This document shows positions 22,445-31,400 of a DNA stretch of 64,000 nt, one piece after another. Every line of letters begins with the position of its first letter. Within the stretch, counting starts at the first letter, position 1. The position numbers and the translations under genes are program-made. Source of the stretch: Rhodothermales bacterium (GTDB lineage: Bacteria; Bacteroidota; Rhodothermia; Rhodothermales; BA12); NCBI GenBank assembly GCA_963841855.1, contig CAWJEJ010000001.1, positions 1,109,793-1,173,792 on the forward strand, written 5' to 3'. Below the pieces are notes generated by a model. It had not been told where the DNA came from. It saw only the letters and a list, made by a program, of their open reading frames with translations, and made no database searches.

Positions 22445-23209
22445 ATGCTTCGTTACCGCCTGCTGATCGAATACGATGGGTCGCCATTCAGCGGGTGGCA
22501 GATTCAGCCGGGCCAGCCGACGGTCCAGTACGAACTGGAGACGGCCCTCGCCATTTTTCTGCGCGCACCCACACCGATCGTGGGCAGCGGACGCACCGAC
22601 GCAGGCGTTCACGCGCGCGGTCAGGTGGGACACTTCGACTGGGCCGAACCGGTCGACTTGCACAAACTGATGCGCGCGCTGAACGGACTGACGCCTGACG
22701 CGATCGCCGTCCGCGCCATAGAGCGAGCGCCCGACGCCTTCCACGCCCGCTACGACGGCCGCCGCCGCACCTACCACTACCACGCGTCAACCGAGCCGCG
22801 CGCGCTGGGCCGCGCAAGCCGCCTGCACCTGACGACGCCCGACTTCGCCGCGATGAATACCGCCGCCCAATCGCTGCTCGGTGAGCATCATTTTGGTTCG
22901 TTCTGCCGCACACAATCCGAAACCGAGAACCGCGTCTGCACCCTGTTTCACTGCGCATGGGAACCCGAAGCACGCGACGGCGACTGGCGGCTGGTCGTAG
23001 GGGGAAGCCGCTTCCTGCACGGCATGGTCCGCGCGATCACGGGCACGCTACTCCAGATCGGACGCGGCCAACGACCAGCCGACGATCTATCGCGCATCCT
23101 CGCCGAGCAGGATCGCCGCGCTGCCGGTCCAGCCGCGCCTGCACACGGACTGGTGCTGCATCACGTCGGGTACGACGGGGCGATGGTGCCCATATGGGAT
23201 CAGGTCTGA
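22445..23209 (+). CDS. truA: tRNA pseudouridine(38-40) synthase
   Basis: [20 protein letters not shown]...[15 protein letters not shown] is a canonical TruA pattern. Confidence 0.92.
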   Translation: MLRYRLLIEYDGSPFSGWQIQPGQPTVQYELETALAIFLRAPTPIVGSGRTDAGVHARGQVGHFDWAEPVDLHKLMRALNGLTPDAIAVRAIERAPDAFHARYDGRRRTYHYHASTEPRALGRASRLHLTTPDFAAMNTAAQSLLGEHHFGSFCRTQSETENRVCTLFHCAWEPEARDGDWRLVVGGSRFLHGMVRAITGTLLQIGRGQRPADDLSRILAEQDRRAAGPAAPAHGLVLHHVGYDGAMVPIWDQV

Positions 23210-23296
23210 CGACGTTACATGTAACGTCGCTACGTTGGCAGCGTGCGCAACTCGGCGCGCGGTACGTTGTCTCTGTCGTCTAACCTCGACCCAACC

Positions 23297-24724
23297 ATGC
23301 GCATACTTCTACTCGCACTCCTGCTGCTGCCGATGGCCGCTCTCGCCCAAACCCAACCGCAGATCTCTGCTCCTGAAAGCCGCGCGTCGGTCGGCATGAC
23401 GGTCTACAACCAGGGATTCGCCGTCGTACGCGAAGTGCGGCCGATTGCGCTCGACCGGGGACGCAACCTGCTCCGTTTCGAGGGCGTGCCGCAGCAGATC
23501 GACCCGACGAGCCTGTCGATCCGCTCGCTCACGCATCCGGGTTCGATCTCGGTCAGGGAGCAAAATTACCAGTACGATCTGGTCGGCACCCAGGCGCTGC
23601 TCAACAAAGCCGTCGGCGAGCGCGTACGGCTGGTCCGGCGCATGGGCGAGTGGGTCGAAACCGTCGAAGGCGTCTTGATCTCGCAGCCCGGACAGGGCCG
23701 CATCATCCGCCTCGACGACGGCCGCATCCTAGTCGACCCTCAGGGCGAGATCGAACTGCTCTCGTTACCCGGCGGATTGGTCAGCCGTCCCTCGCTACTG
23801 TGGCATCTGGACGCAGATCGCGCCGGAACGCACGACGTCGAAGCCAGCTACACGACCGACGGCATGACGTGGCGGGCCAACTACGTCGCCGTCCTCAACG
23901 CGGACGACACCAAGCTCGACGTGACCGGCTGGGTGACGCTTGACAATCAGAGCGGAGCCACGTTCGAGGACGCGAGCCTGCAACTGATGGCCGGAGAAGT
24001 TCGCCGCAACGAGCCGCAGCGCATGATGAATCGAGATTATGCGATGGAGGAAATGGTCGTCACCTCGGCAGCGCGCGCGCCCGCGTTCCAGGAGGAAGCC
24101 TTCTTCGAATACCACCTCTACACGCTCGACGGCGCGACGACGATCGCCAACAGGGAGGCCAAACAGCTCGAACTGCTCTCGGCGACCGGTGCAGGCGTGA
24201 CGCGCCGCCTGATCGTCGACGCGGGCGGCCGTTACGGGTGGAGCCAGCGCCGACCGGGCGGCGGCAGAGGGACGAACGAGATCAGCGCCGCCGTCGTGGT
24301 CGAGTTCGAGAACAGCGAAGCCAACAACATGGGCATGCCGCTCCCCGCCGGAACGGTCCGCCTCTACAAAGCCGACCGCGACGGCCAACTGCAGTTTCTG
24401 GGCGAGGACAACATCGGCCACACCCCGCGCGATGAAGAGTTGCGTCTCTACGTCGGCGACGCGTTCGACGTGGTCGCCACGCGCCAGATCGTCGGCAACG
24501 ATCGCATCAGCGACCGCGTCTACGAGCAGACCATCGAGGTCGAAGTCCGCAACCGCAAGGAAACGTCGGCCCAGGTCACCGTCGTCGAACCCGTCTACGG
24601 CGATTGGACGCTGCGTAGCCAGTCGCATCCCAACGAGAAGATCGACGCGTACACCATCGCCTTCCCGCTGACGATAGGGGCGGGCGAGACGACGACTGTT
24701 CGCTACACCGTCCGCATCCGCTGA
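23297..24724 (+). CDS. DUF4139-domain secreted protein
   Basis: The ATG at 23297 gives a signal peptide (MRILLLALLLLPMAALAQ). Length and pattern (VYNQGFAVVRE..., ...YTVRIR end) fit the DUF4139 family. Confidence 0.65.
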   Translation: MRILLLALLLLPMAALAQTQPQISAPESRASVGMTVYNQGFAVVREVRPIALDRGRNLLRFEGVPQQIDPTSLSIRSLTHPGSISVREQNYQYDLVGTQALLNKAVGERVRLVRRMGEWVETVEGVLISQPGQGRIIRLDDGRILVDPQGEIELLSLPGGLVSRPSLLWHLDADRAGTHDVEASYTTDGMTWRANYVAVLNADDTKLDVTGWVTLDNQSGATFEDASLQLMAGEVRRNEPQRMMNRDYAMEEMVVTSAARAPAFQEEAFFEYHLYTLDGATTIANREAKQLELLSATGAGVTRRLIVDAGGRYGWSQRRPGGGRGTNEISAAVVVEFENSEANNMGMPLPAGTVRLYKADRDGQLQFLGEDNIGHTPRDEELRLYVGDAFDVVATRQIVGNDRISDRVYEQTIEVEVRNRKETSAQVTVVEPVYGDWTLRSQSHPNEKIDAYTIAFPLTIGAGETTTVRYTVRIR

Positions 24725-24732
24725 TCTTAGAG

Positions 24733-25458
24733 ATGCGCCCGGACACGCTCTCGCTCTACGACCCGCGCTTCGTGCGGGGTCTGTTCGACGAGATGTCGCA
24801 GACATACGGCGCGATGAACTACGTGTCGTCGCTCGGCTTCTGCGAGCGGTGGCGCGAGCGGTGCGTCGCGATGGCGGACTTGGAGCCGGGCATGGAGGTG
24901 TACGACCTGATGACAGGCATGGGCGAATGCTGGCCGCTGATCGCGCGTCGCCTCAACGGGTCCGGGCGCATCGTCGGCGTCGACATTTCGCCTGAGATGT
25001 GCGTACGCGCTCGGCAGATGGGCGCGCGCCTGCCCGATCAGCCCACGGACGTACTCGAAGCCGACGTACTGCTCGCCGATCTTTCCCCAAATCAGGCGGA
25101 TCGGGTCGTGTCGGCGTTTGGGCTGAAGACGTTTTCGCCCGATCAGCAGCGCGTTTTGGCACAGCGCATCGCCTGGCTGCTCAAGCCCGGCGGCACGTTT
25201 TCGCTTTTGGAGATCTCGGTCCCGCGTGCGCGGCTGCTCCACGCTCCGTACATGGCGTACCTCAAACGCGGCGTTCCGCTGCTGGGTCGCCTGTTTCTGG
25301 GAAACCCGGACAACTACCGCCTGCTGGGGATCTATACCGAGCGCTTCGAGAACAGCCGCACGGTGGCCGACGCTCTCGCCGACAACGGACTGGCAGTGGC
25401 GTATCACGAACTGTTCTGGGGCTGCGCGACCGTGCTGACGGGGCGAAAATCGTCATAG
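24733..25458 (+). CDS. Class I SAM-dependent methyltransferase (UbiE/COQ5-like)
   Basis: FDEMSQTYGAMNYVSSLGF..W, plus a motif I-like VYDLMTGMGE. Confidence 0.75.
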   Translation: MRPDTLSLYDPRFVRGLFDEMSQTYGAMNYVSSLGFCERWRERCVAMADLEPGMEVYDLMTGMGECWPLIARRLNGSGRIVGVDISPEMCVRARQMGARLPDQPTDVLEADVLLADLSPNQADRVVSAFGLKTFSPDQQRVLAQRIAWLLKPGGTFSLLEISVPRARLLHAPYMAYLKRGVPLLGRLFLGNPDNYRLLGIYTERFENSRTVADALADNGLAVAYHELFWGCATVLTGRKSS

Positions 25459-25498
25459 AGACCGCGCTATCTTGCCCGTTCCCCAATCTGCACTGCCG

Positions 25499-26821
25499 AT
25501 GCTCCGCCTCCTCCCGCTCGCCCTGCTCCTGCTCGTCGCCTGCTCGTCGCCCGACGAGATCGCCGATGCCGATTGCGCCGACTCTACCGTCGTCCTCGCC
25601 GACCTGCCCGACGACGGCGAGTGCGCGGGCGAGATGATGGACCTGGGCGCGTTCGTCCAGACGGGCGCGGACGTGATGGCCGCGCGCGGCTTTTCGGACC
25701 TGGACGGCATGCGCGTCGGTCTGATCGTCAACCACACGGCCCAGGTCGGCGGGCGGCACCTGATCGACGCGGTCAGCGAGGCCGACGGGGTCACGCTGGG
25801 CGCGCTGTTCGGCCCGGAGCACGGCCTGCGCGGGACGGCGGACGCGGGCGAGAAGATCGACGACGGCGTCGACGATGCGACCGGAACGCCGATTTTCAGC
25901 CTCTACGGAGCCAACCGCAAGCCGTCGCAAGAGTCACTGGCGGGACTGGACGCGTTGGTCTTCGACATCCAGGACGTGGGCGCGCGCTTCTACACCTACA
26001 TCTCGACGATGGGCCTGGCGATGGAAGCCGCTGCCCAGGCGGGTATCCCGTTCTACGTGCTCGACCGCCCCAACCCCGTCGGCGGCGACTACGTGGCCGG
26101 ATGGACGATGCAGCCCGAGTTCGAGTCGTTCGTCGGCCAGTTTCCGATTCCCCTGGCGCACGGGCTGACCGTCGGCGAACTGGCGCTAATGATCAAGGGC
26201 GAGGCGATGATGGATGGTCTCGAAGAATTGGATCTGCGCATCGTAGAGATGCAAGGCTGGAACCGCACGCAGCGCTGGGACGCGACGGGCATGGCGTGGA
26301 ATCCGCCGTCGCCCAACCTGCCGACGTTCGAGACCGCCGCGCTCTACCCCGGAACGGGCTTCATGGAAGCGCTCGGCGGCAGCGAAGGCCGAGGCACCGA
26401 CGCTCCATTTGCCCGCATCGGCGCGACGTGGGCAAACGCCGACGCCCTCGCCGCCGATTTGAACGGCCGCAACCTGCCCGGCGTCCGCTTCGAATCGGTC
26501 GTGTTCTCACCTCAGCCCAACGACGGAGCCGCCAAGCCCCGGTTCATGGGCGAGCAGGTCCAGGGCGTCCGCATGTTCGTGACGGATCATCAGGCGCTGC
26601 GTCCCGTCGAACTCGGCGTCCACATGGCGACGGCGCTGCGCAGTCAGGGCACGCTCGACCAACTGATCGAACGCCCCGACTGGCTGGCCAAACTCGCAGG
26701 CTCCGAGCAGTTCGAGCGCATGCTCCGCATCGGTTCGAGTGCAGACGCCATCATCGGCTCGTGGCAGGCGGATGTAACGGCGTTCGAGGCGGCGCGGCAG
26801 CCGTACCTGCTATACGACTGA
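25499..26821 (+). CDS. DUF1343 family protein (NamZ-like exo-beta-N-acetylmuramidase), lipoprotein
   Basis: The ATG at 25499 gives MLRLLPLALLLLVAC. Motifs include GLIVNHTAQVG, LFGPEHGLRG and FDIQDVGARFYTYISTM. Confidence 0.8.
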   Translation: MLRLLPLALLLLVACSSPDEIADADCADSTVVLADLPDDGECAGEMMDLGAFVQTGADVMAARGFSDLDGMRVGLIVNHTAQVGGRHLIDAVSEADGVTLGALFGPEHGLRGTADAGEKIDDGVDDATGTPIFSLYGANRKPSQESLAGLDALVFDIQDVGARFYTYISTMGLAMEAAAQAGIPFYVLDRPNPVGGDYVAGWTMQPEFESFVGQFPIPLAHGLTVGELALMIKGEAMMDGLEELDLRIVEMQGWNRTQRWDATGMAWNPPSPNLPTFETAALYPGTGFMEALGGSEGRGTDAPFARIGATWANADALAADLNGRNLPGVRFESVVFSPQPNDGAAKPRFMGEQVQGVRMFVTDHQALRPVELGVHMATALRSQGTLDQLIERPDWLAKLAGSEQFERMLRIGSSADAIIGSWQADVTAFEAARQPYLLYD

Positions 26822-26847
26822 TCAGTAGGGTGAGCAGAGTCGGAGGC

Positions 26848-26871
26848 GGGCGAGATGAATCTCGCCCCTAC
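26848..26871 (+). repeat. REP copy 1 (GGGCGAGATGAATCTCGCCCCTAC)
   Basis: Exact 24-mer, also present at 27549 and 28209 and inverted at 28279. It contains the palindrome GGGCGAGAT/ATCTCGCCC. Confidence 0.85.
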
Positions 26872-26892
26872 GGGTGGCCTGGTCGGGCTGGG

Positions 26893-27465
26893 TCAGTCGG
26901 TGTAGACGCGGATTTCGTCGACTTGTAGTTCGAAGGGGCCGTCTTGCCCATCGGCGATGTAGAGCGCTAGTTGCTCGACGCGTGTTTGGTCGAGTGATCC
27001 GGCGCTGACGGGTTCGCCGTGAGCCGTAGAGGTCAGCGCATCGAACGGGACGCGCACCCAGGTCCACTCATCCGTCGTTTCGAACGGAGCCCGGCGCGAC
27101 ACGTCACGCCGACCGATTCTGCTGCCGTCGCTCACCTCGACTTCGAACGTCCGCCCGCCGCCGCGCACGCGCAGCTCGACGCCGTCGTAGGCCGACAAGT
27201 CGACGCGTTTGCGGACGCGCACCGACGTGAAACCGCCGCCGCGCGTGACGAGATTGCCTGTAAACCGAAGCGCACCGCCATCGACCGAGACGTACCCTTG
27301 CGAGCGTCCGCCCATCACCCCATCGTTGACGATGCCCCAGCGCGCCGGATCGGTGTCGGCGAAGTCGAAGAGTGTCATTGTGGTGTCGGGAGGTGCGGCG
27401 GAGTCGTTGGAAGCTGCCGCGCAACCTGCGAGCGAGAGGGACAGCAAGAGGGCGAAGGTCATCAT
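26893..27465 (-). CDS. CIA30-domain lipoprotein
   Basis: Lipobox (LSLSLAGC). WGIVNDGVMGGRSQG...FTGNLVTRGGGFTSVR...DGVELRVRGGGRTF matches the CIA30 (complex I intermediate-associated protein 30) domain. Confidence 0.75.
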   Translation of the reverse strand: MMTFALLLSLSLAGCAAASNDSAAPPDTTMTLFDFADTDPARWGIVNDGVMGGRSQGYVSVDGGALRFTGNLVTRGGGFTSVRVRKRVDLSAYDGVELRVRGGGRTFEVEVSDGSRIGRRDVSRRAPFETTDEWTWVRVPFDALTSTAHGEPVSAGSLDQTRVEQLALYIADGQDGPFELQVDEIRVYTD

Positions 27466-27548
27466 GGTAGGGGCATTGGCGGTGAAGATGTGAAACGGCG
27501 AGCGTTGTGTTTGTTTAGATGTGTTGGCGATGAGATGCGCGTGGGGGC

Positions 27549-27572
27549 GGGCGAGATGAATCTCGCCCCTAC
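27549..27572 (+). repeat. REP copy 2
   Basis: Exact 24-mer, in the divergent region between the CIA30 and RAYT genes. Confidence 0.85.
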
Positions 27573-27611
27573 GGGAGGCTGGATCGTAGGTTGATCCTCT
27601 CCTCGACTTGC

Positions 27612-28151
27612 ATGATCTCCAAATCTCATCTTCCGAAACGCCGGTCGGTCCGGCTTCCGCTGTACGACTATGCCAGCGCGGGAGCCTACTTCATCACGGT
27701 CTGCACGCACGAACGCAAGTCGCTCTTCGGAGACATATCGGGCGGCGAAGTGCAACCGAGCGAGTTGGGGCGCTGCGTCACAGAGGGGTGGAGTAGAATG
27801 CTCGAACTGCGTCCGTACGTGCGATCCGAGGCGTTCGTGGTGATGCCTAACCACGTCCATGCGCTGTTTCTACTGCTGCCGAAACCGGAATGCGACGTGG
27901 CAGGTGTGGCCGGGTTGGGATTCAAGGCGCGCTCTGTCTCGTCCATAATCGCCGCGTTCAAAGCTGGGGTCACGCGAGAAGTACGCAAGTCGGAACTTGC
28001 CGATGGTCCAGTCTGGCAGCGCGGATTCCACGAGCATGTCATTCGCTCCCAACGCGCGTTCGATCAGATCCGGCAGTACATCCACGAGAATCCGCTGCGG
28101 TGGGAGATGGATCGGTACCACGTTTCGCTGGACGACGGGCAACAAGGCTGA
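27612..28151 (+). CDS. REP-associated tyrosine transposase (RAYT; IS200/IS605 Y1 transposase superfamily)
   Basis: HUH motif in VVMPNHVHALF, catalytic Tyr context QYIHENPLRW, and WQRGFHEHVIRS. The gene is flanked by REP copies in inverted orientation. Confidence 0.85.
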   Translation: MISKSHLPKRRSVRLPLYDYASAGAYFITVCTHERKSLFGDISGGEVQPSELGRCVTEGWSRMLELRPYVRSEAFVVMPNHVHALFLLLPKPECDVAGVAGLGFKARSVSSIIAAFKAGVTREVRKSELADGPVWQRGFHEHVIRSQRAFDQIRQYIHENPLRWEMDRYHVSLDDGQQG

Positions 28152-28203
28152 GGCGGCGGAGGCGGCGGAGGCGGCGGAGGCGGCGGGCGCGGCGGAGGCG
28201 GCG
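28150..28203. repeat. 9-bp tandem repeat (GAGGCGGCG) x6, one variant unit
   Basis: It starts inside the RAYT stop codon and runs directly into the GAGGCGGGCGAG 5' flank of REP copy 3. Confidence 0.85.
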
Positions 28204-28208
28204 GAGGC

Positions 28209-28302
28209 GGGCGAGATGAATCTCGCCCCTACGGAGATTGGGGTTTACCTCAACGCCATCATCACCACCCAACCCGGTGTAGGGGCGAGATTCATCTCGC
28301 CC
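28209..28302. repeat. REPIN-like inverted REP doublet (copies 3 and 4)
   Basis: 28209-28232 (+) and 28279-28302 (-) are exact reverse complements, separated by 46 nt. Confidence 0.85.
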
Positions 28303-28415
28303 GCGAGGTCTGCTTACCAACCCCGATTCACCCTCCTACCAAATGCACCGCGCCCCCGACACCATCAGGCATCGGGGGCGCGGTTGGCTTTTGTAGGAGC
28401 CGTTGAGCGTCGAAG

Positions 28416-31400
28416 TTAGCGCACGACCGTCATCTGTCCCGTCTTGGTGCCCATCGGCGTGATCAAGCGGTAGAGGTAGACGCCAGCCGTCAGGCCGTCG
28501 GCGGCGAACGGAACGCTGTGGCTACCGGCGGTCATGACGCGGTCGAGGACGGTCGCGACTTGGCGGCCGGTGATATCGTAGATCTCGATGCGTGCGTCCG
28601 ATGCGCTCGGCAGCGTGAAGCGGATGTCCGTGCGGCCCGCGAACGGGTTGGGCGCGTTGCCATTGAGAGCGAGCGCTCCGGCTCCGGCGGTTTCGTCGTT
28701 CGACGTGAAGCGCGTGTTGCGGGTGAAGCGGACGTTGGAGACGGCGAGGTCGAAGTTCGTGGCCGTCGTGTTGTTACCTAGCGCGTAGAACGCGAGTAGG
28801 GTGACGTCCGACGGATCCAGTCCTTCCGATCCGACCGAGCGGCGCAGGTCCGACAGCGGGATCGTGATCTCGCGCTCGTCGCCGGTCATCGCGATCTCGA
28901 ACTGGTGCTGATCCCAGCTCTCGATGCCGGCCTTCTCGACCACGACGCTGTACCGTCCCGTTCCCTTGGCCGTAAAGCTCAGCGCCTCGTAGCCGCTCAG
29001 GTCGACTGGCTGGCCGTTGGGGCGGAGGTAGCGGAACATGCTCGCGAAATCGACGACCGAGCCGGAGAAGCTCGCGCTACGCTCGACGTGGTACGCGTCC
29101 TCTTCGGCATCCCGTCCGTCGACGCCCGTGGCGAAGCTCTGGACCGTGGCGTTGCCCGACGTGGTGCTCCACGCGCCGTCGGCGTAGTAGAGCTGGTCGA
29201 CCGAGGCGCTGCTGCCGTGCTGGACCGAGAAGCGTGCGTCGAAGATCGTCCCGACAGGAACGACGACTTCGATCGACGTCGCGCTGGCATCGCTCGCGGC
29301 GGGCAGCGTGATCGTCTGCGAGAACTCGGACTGCGTTCCCTGAGCGGCTTCCGTTTCCGTACGCGCGGCGAATCCGCTGACGGTCAGCGTTCCACTCGGC
29401 GTTCCGGCCAGCGTGAGGTGCAAGTTGCCCTCTTCGTAGCGACCGCTCTGGACGAACGTGCTCGGCGTGGCCGGTGCGTTGTCGTGCGAGTTGAGGTAGC
29501 TGACGCTGCCCTGAGCACTTAGTTCGCTGAGCAGACCTTCGACGAGTTCGACCGTGTAGGCGGGGCTGACGCTCCAGACCTGCAAGTTGACGACGCTGCT
29601 GCTGCCGCTCGGCGTGTAGTCCGAGTAGGCGAAGCGGCTGTCGACTTCGAAGTCCGTTCCGCTGCGGTAGGCGACGAGCGAGACCGCGTAGTCGACGCTT
29701 CCGTCGGCGTGGATCAGGTGCTGCATCACGAACGGGCGTCCGGCGACATCGATGGTGCCGATGCTTTCCAAGCGTCCGCCACCGAGGCGGTCACAGGTTG
29801 CCTTGGCGTGGTCGTAGAGGACACCGGCGGGGCTGATGGCTCCGAACAGGGCGCCCATGCGGCGTCCTTCGGTACGCAAGTAGTCAGCGGCGAAGACGCT
29901 CGTCGCATTGGTGACACCGAGCAGGTCGCCCGGCGTGACTTCGTAGGCGATCGACTCGTTCGGGCCGTTGGTCGGCACGATGCTGCGCAGGCCGCCGTCG
30001 TTGGAGCCTTTGCCGCTAGCCGATCCCTGGATCGCAAATACCATCGGCTCGGGAGCGGCCATGAGGGCCGTCTGAGCGCGCGCGTCCTGGCGGCGCTCGA
30101 ACAGGCGCTGGGCGAGCAGCGAGGCCATCGAGCCTTCGCTCTCGACACCGGCGTTTCCGCCACCCGAGCTTCCTTGGGTCGTAACCGTAGCAGCCGACTG
30201 GTCGTCTTCGCCCGGGTTGTTGTTACCCGGCGTCGAGTCGCCGTCCGGCTGATCCGACTTGCTGATCTGCGCGATGTTGACGAACGTGCCCTCAGCGTCC
30301 ACACTCGCGGTGTAGCTGAGCGAGACGTGATCGCCGTTGTTCAGCGCGCCGATGGCCCACGTGAGGGTCATCGTTGACGCGTCGTACGTCGCACCCGATC
30401 CGGCCGTGATGGCCTGGAACGTGAGTCCGGCGGGGACGATGTCGGTCGCCTGGACGCCGGTAGCGTCGACGGGACCTTCGTTGTCTACGCGGATCGTGAA
30501 CGTCACCACGTCACCCTTCTGGGGCGCGGGCTTGTCGACGCTCTTCGTCAGTTCGAGATCGGCTTCGGTCGCAGGCTGCATCGGCGTGACCGTTGCGCTG
30601 TCCTGGTCGTCCTCAGTCGACACGCCGTTGCCGGGCGTCGAGTCGGGATCGAACTTGGCCGACTTGCTCACCTGGGCGACGTTCGTCACCGGGTTGGGCG
30701 TCGAGACCTTGGCCGTGATGGTCAACGTGCTCGTGCCGACAGCTAGCTTGCTGCTGCTCGTCGCTTCGAGGTTCCACACGCCCGTCGCCGGGGTGTAGGT
30801 GCCGCGGCTGGCGGTGTGGCTGACGTAGTCGAGACCGGTCGGCAGCTTGTCCGTCACTTCGACGACTTCGCCCGCATCGGGTCCCTTGTTCTCGAGCACG
30901 ATGGTAAACGTCACGTCCGAGCCTTGAACCGGCGTCGCATTGTCGACCGTCTTGGTGACTTCCAAGTCGACGATTTTGCACGGCGTGCTGTTCTTGCTGG
31001 CCGACGACGTTTTGCCGTCGAGACTCCACGTCTGCGTCGTTCCGCTGGAGAACGTAGTCGAGAACGACTGGAAGCCGCGTCCCCTGGCGAACTGCGTCAG
31101 CTGACCTTCGTCGCCGTTGCTGGCCGTGTTGAAGCGGTTGCGGTTGCCGATCAGGATCGTCTGCTGCGAGCCGGTCTTGTTGTCGTATCCCCAAAAGGCA
31201 CGATAGCTACCGCTGCCCAGGTCGGCGACACATTCGAGGACAGGGCTGATGCGAACGCGGGCGAATCCGAAGTCAGCGTCGCGGTAGTTCTCGCCTGCTG
31301 CGACCGTTTTGGCGTCGGGGCTGTTGTTTGTCGTGAGCTGCTTACCAGCTACGTCACTGTCGCCTTCGTCGACCGTGACGCAGTAGGCGCCGGGGGCGAG

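Larger units (their letters stand above)
27549..28302 (+). mobile_element. RAYT gene with flanking REPs (domesticated-transposase / REPIN locus)
   Basis: REP(+) at 27549, the RAYT CDS, a 9-bp tandem array, REP(+) at 28209 and REP(-) at 28279. Confidence 0.75.

Noticed and set aside
28150-28302. A dense cluster of short repeats that might look like a mini CRISPR array.
   Set aside because: The units are 9-bp tandem repeats with no spacers, plus two inverted 24-nt REPs. There is no regular repeat-spacer periodicity and no cas genes. The adjacent gene is a RAYT.
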